Assembly (NCBI RefSeq): GCF_001194135.2
Contig: NC_068982.1
Span: forward strand, 596,253-660,252
Direction: 5' to 3'
Source: Octopus bimaculoides
Lineage: Eukaryota
DNA: 64,000 bases
Below the pieces are notes generated by a model. That model had not been told where the DNA came from. It made no database searches and worked only from the letters and a program-made list of their open reading frames with translations. Every line of letters starts with the position of its first letter. The stretch's first letter is position 1. The translations under genes and the position numbers were made by a program. Of this stretch, positions 1-64,000 are shown one piece after another.

Positions 1-1116
1 TCATCAGTGGTCCTTTGTTTCCTTCTTTCTTATGTGTGTCTCACCTTGCTAACTATCAGCCATTTTGTATTTTGTATTCCTATTGTATGTGTCTACGCAT
101 GCGTGTCCTTCAATGTGTCTGTGTCTTTTGTAAGTGCATGTGTGTATGGGGAGTGTGACGAAAGAACTCTGGCCGAAATAAGATTAAGATTAATGTAATA
201 TAAAGCTGAAGCAAATTAACACCAAATATACAGTGCGTGTGTTTTTATTGGCTAAACTGGCAATATGACCATCCCCAAGTACAACAACATCTGTTTCAAC
301 ACACGATTTCACATCAAAAATCTTGCAAAACAAATATATATATATATATACATATATAATTATTTTTTTTATCAGTAATTAAAAATAGAACAAGGTGAAT
401 TGGTTCTTTTCAAGGCCAAGGCCAGCGCTCTCATTGATCACCAGTAATAATAAACACATCTGACCTCTGCTGACCCTGAGGGTGTGAGGCTTCTTTTGTC
501 TCCTGATTGCACAGGAATGCAAAGGCCCATTGTTGATCTCCCTCTCACCATTTGCCGGACCTGTTTACAGACTTGCAACTCCCTCCTTAAGTTAATTTTG
601 CTACAATAATAGCAACAAGCATGTAATTCTTTTATTCTGTAGTTCTGATGAAGTATTTACTTAAAAATTATAGTGGAGTATCTTGTATGTTGAAAACGTA
701 TATGGTCTTAGGCATCCAAAGAAAGCAGTGTATTTCAAATTGATGTAATGCTTGCATTGCTTGATTAAATGGAGCCACTTGAAATGGCCACAATGCACTA
801 ATACCTTGAAATCTTTGTTACTTATTTGCTTTATATATATATGTGTGTTGTGTTCTTGAGCAGGGCACTTTATTTCACGTTGCTCCAGTTAACTCAGCTG
901 TAGAAATGAGCTGCAATGTCACTGGTGCCAAGCTGTATTGGCCCCTTTGCCTTTCCTTTGGATAACTTTCCCTTTGTCTTTCCCTTGGATAACTTCAGTG
1001 GAGTGGAGAAGGGAGGCTGGTATGCATGGGGAACTACAGGTCTTCCATAAACAACCTTGCCCAGACTTGTACTTTGGAGGGGAACTTTCTAGATGTAATC
1101 CCATGGNNNNNNNNNN

Positions 1117-1151
<35 letters not shown>

Positions 1152-1673
1152 TATATATATTTGTATGTACATGCATACATATATACATATGTATTTGTGT
1201 CCTGTATGTATACGCAGATAGATACATATATGTAAAGATGGCTGCATCTTCAGTCATATATCCATCTTTTGCAGTTATATAAGTTTATTTGTGCAAAGAA
1301 CTGTACTGGATTACTTGAAGTACTAGCATATATTTTGAGAATCTTGAAATTTTAAAATCTTGAGTTTATCAAATTTTTTTCAGGCCTTTTACTGAACAAA
1401 GGTTGCAAATGATGTTTGTTTAAAGTTTCGCTACTTAATTAAACCTTTTTGTTGAAAAGATAATTTTGCATCTAAAGAGACAAGCATAGTGGAATGTTAC
1501 ACGAATGGAAGTCGACGACCATATTTCTAAAGGAATATTACCATGAAAGTGTTAATATCTCTCATTATTGACTTCTTGTATATGTCTATGTCCATTATAC
1601 TATTATATTTTTTTGTTTCTATTTCTAACATATTCTGAAATGTTTTCTTTTGTTCTTATTTTGCAGAATAAAT

Positions 1674-63336
<61,663 letters not shown>

Positions 63337-64000
63337 GTTCGTATAAAGTCAGCAGTTAATCTCTCTCGCTCTTTCTTTCTCTCTCGCTCTTTTCATACAT
63401 ACATGCATACGTACATACATAAATACACAAATGCATACATGCGTATGTACATACATACATACATACAGACATGTGAACATACACACATTCTCATTTGTAC
63501 CTACCACCTTAGTCCGTGTATCTACAAATTTATACAAAATTCTAAGATAAACAAGGTTTTCTGAAGAAAGATCAAAAGAAACTGACTGGCGTTCTCTATT
63601 CCAATCTATTCGTGGCACAGTGAAGATTTGTAAGTTATTCCAAAGATTTTCCATCTGAGATTCTTTAGATGAGTCGATGCAGACACTAAAGTGTGTGCAT
63701 TGACAACTCAACCACACAAATACTGGGGACTCTCCTAACTCAAAAAATCTTGTTGCTTTGTTTGCAACCAGCTTGAACTCTCTTAAGAAGAGCTTAAATA
63801 AAACTCAAAATATACGTACACACATGCATACATACATACATACTATTGAGAAATCTGCAGTTACTTTATCAAGATTACAAGTTCAGGTTTATACTTGTAA
63901 TCATTGGGGCCCTGGGATATGTAACACACTGCCTAAATACCAATCTTGAGAAATTAGGCTTCTCAAAACCAGAAAGGAGAAAGCTAATTGGAAGACTACA

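Noticed and set aside
145-185. GTGACGAAAG...GGCCGAAATA hammerhead-like string (also CTGATGAAG at ~646 and ~2086)
   Set aside because: Core incomplete, or no stem II/GAAA partner in register.

Overview
AT-rich, microsatellite- and transposon-dense eukaryotic DNA from a draft assembly with six N-gaps (1107-1116, 41962-42083, 48197-48604, 49879-50398, 56818-56947, 58118-58731). The repeat landscape resembles a coleoid cephalopod, most likely Octopus (inference). One + strand gene spans the window: a multi-exon non-classical cadherin of the Cad87A/CDHR1/CDH23 type. I assembled 24 coding exons by hand (1674-63336, 3165 nt, 1055 aa). Every junction is phase-consistent, and the product is a signal peptide plus nine EC repeats; the gene continues beyond the window. 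One intron is GC-AG, and the EC8-EC9 junction lacks most Ca2+-binding motifs. The introns hold tRNA-derived SINE families, R4/Dong-like RLE retrotransposons beside (TAA)n tracts, RTE LINE pieces, a Penelope-like GIY-YIG element, Tc1/mariner and hAT derivatives, Helitron-like pieces and several fold-back MITEs. The best novel-system candidate is at 40135-40759: a short tRNA-headed (Pol III-type) element carrying a minimal hammerhead-ribozyme fold. It is inserted as a head-to-head pair with a 14-bp target duplication, in the same intron as a Penelope-like element, which suggests a PLE-mobilised SINE/retrozyme. Nearly all ORFs in the supplied track are microsatellite or gap artefacts. All alignments and folds here were done by eye, and repeat boundaries are approximate.
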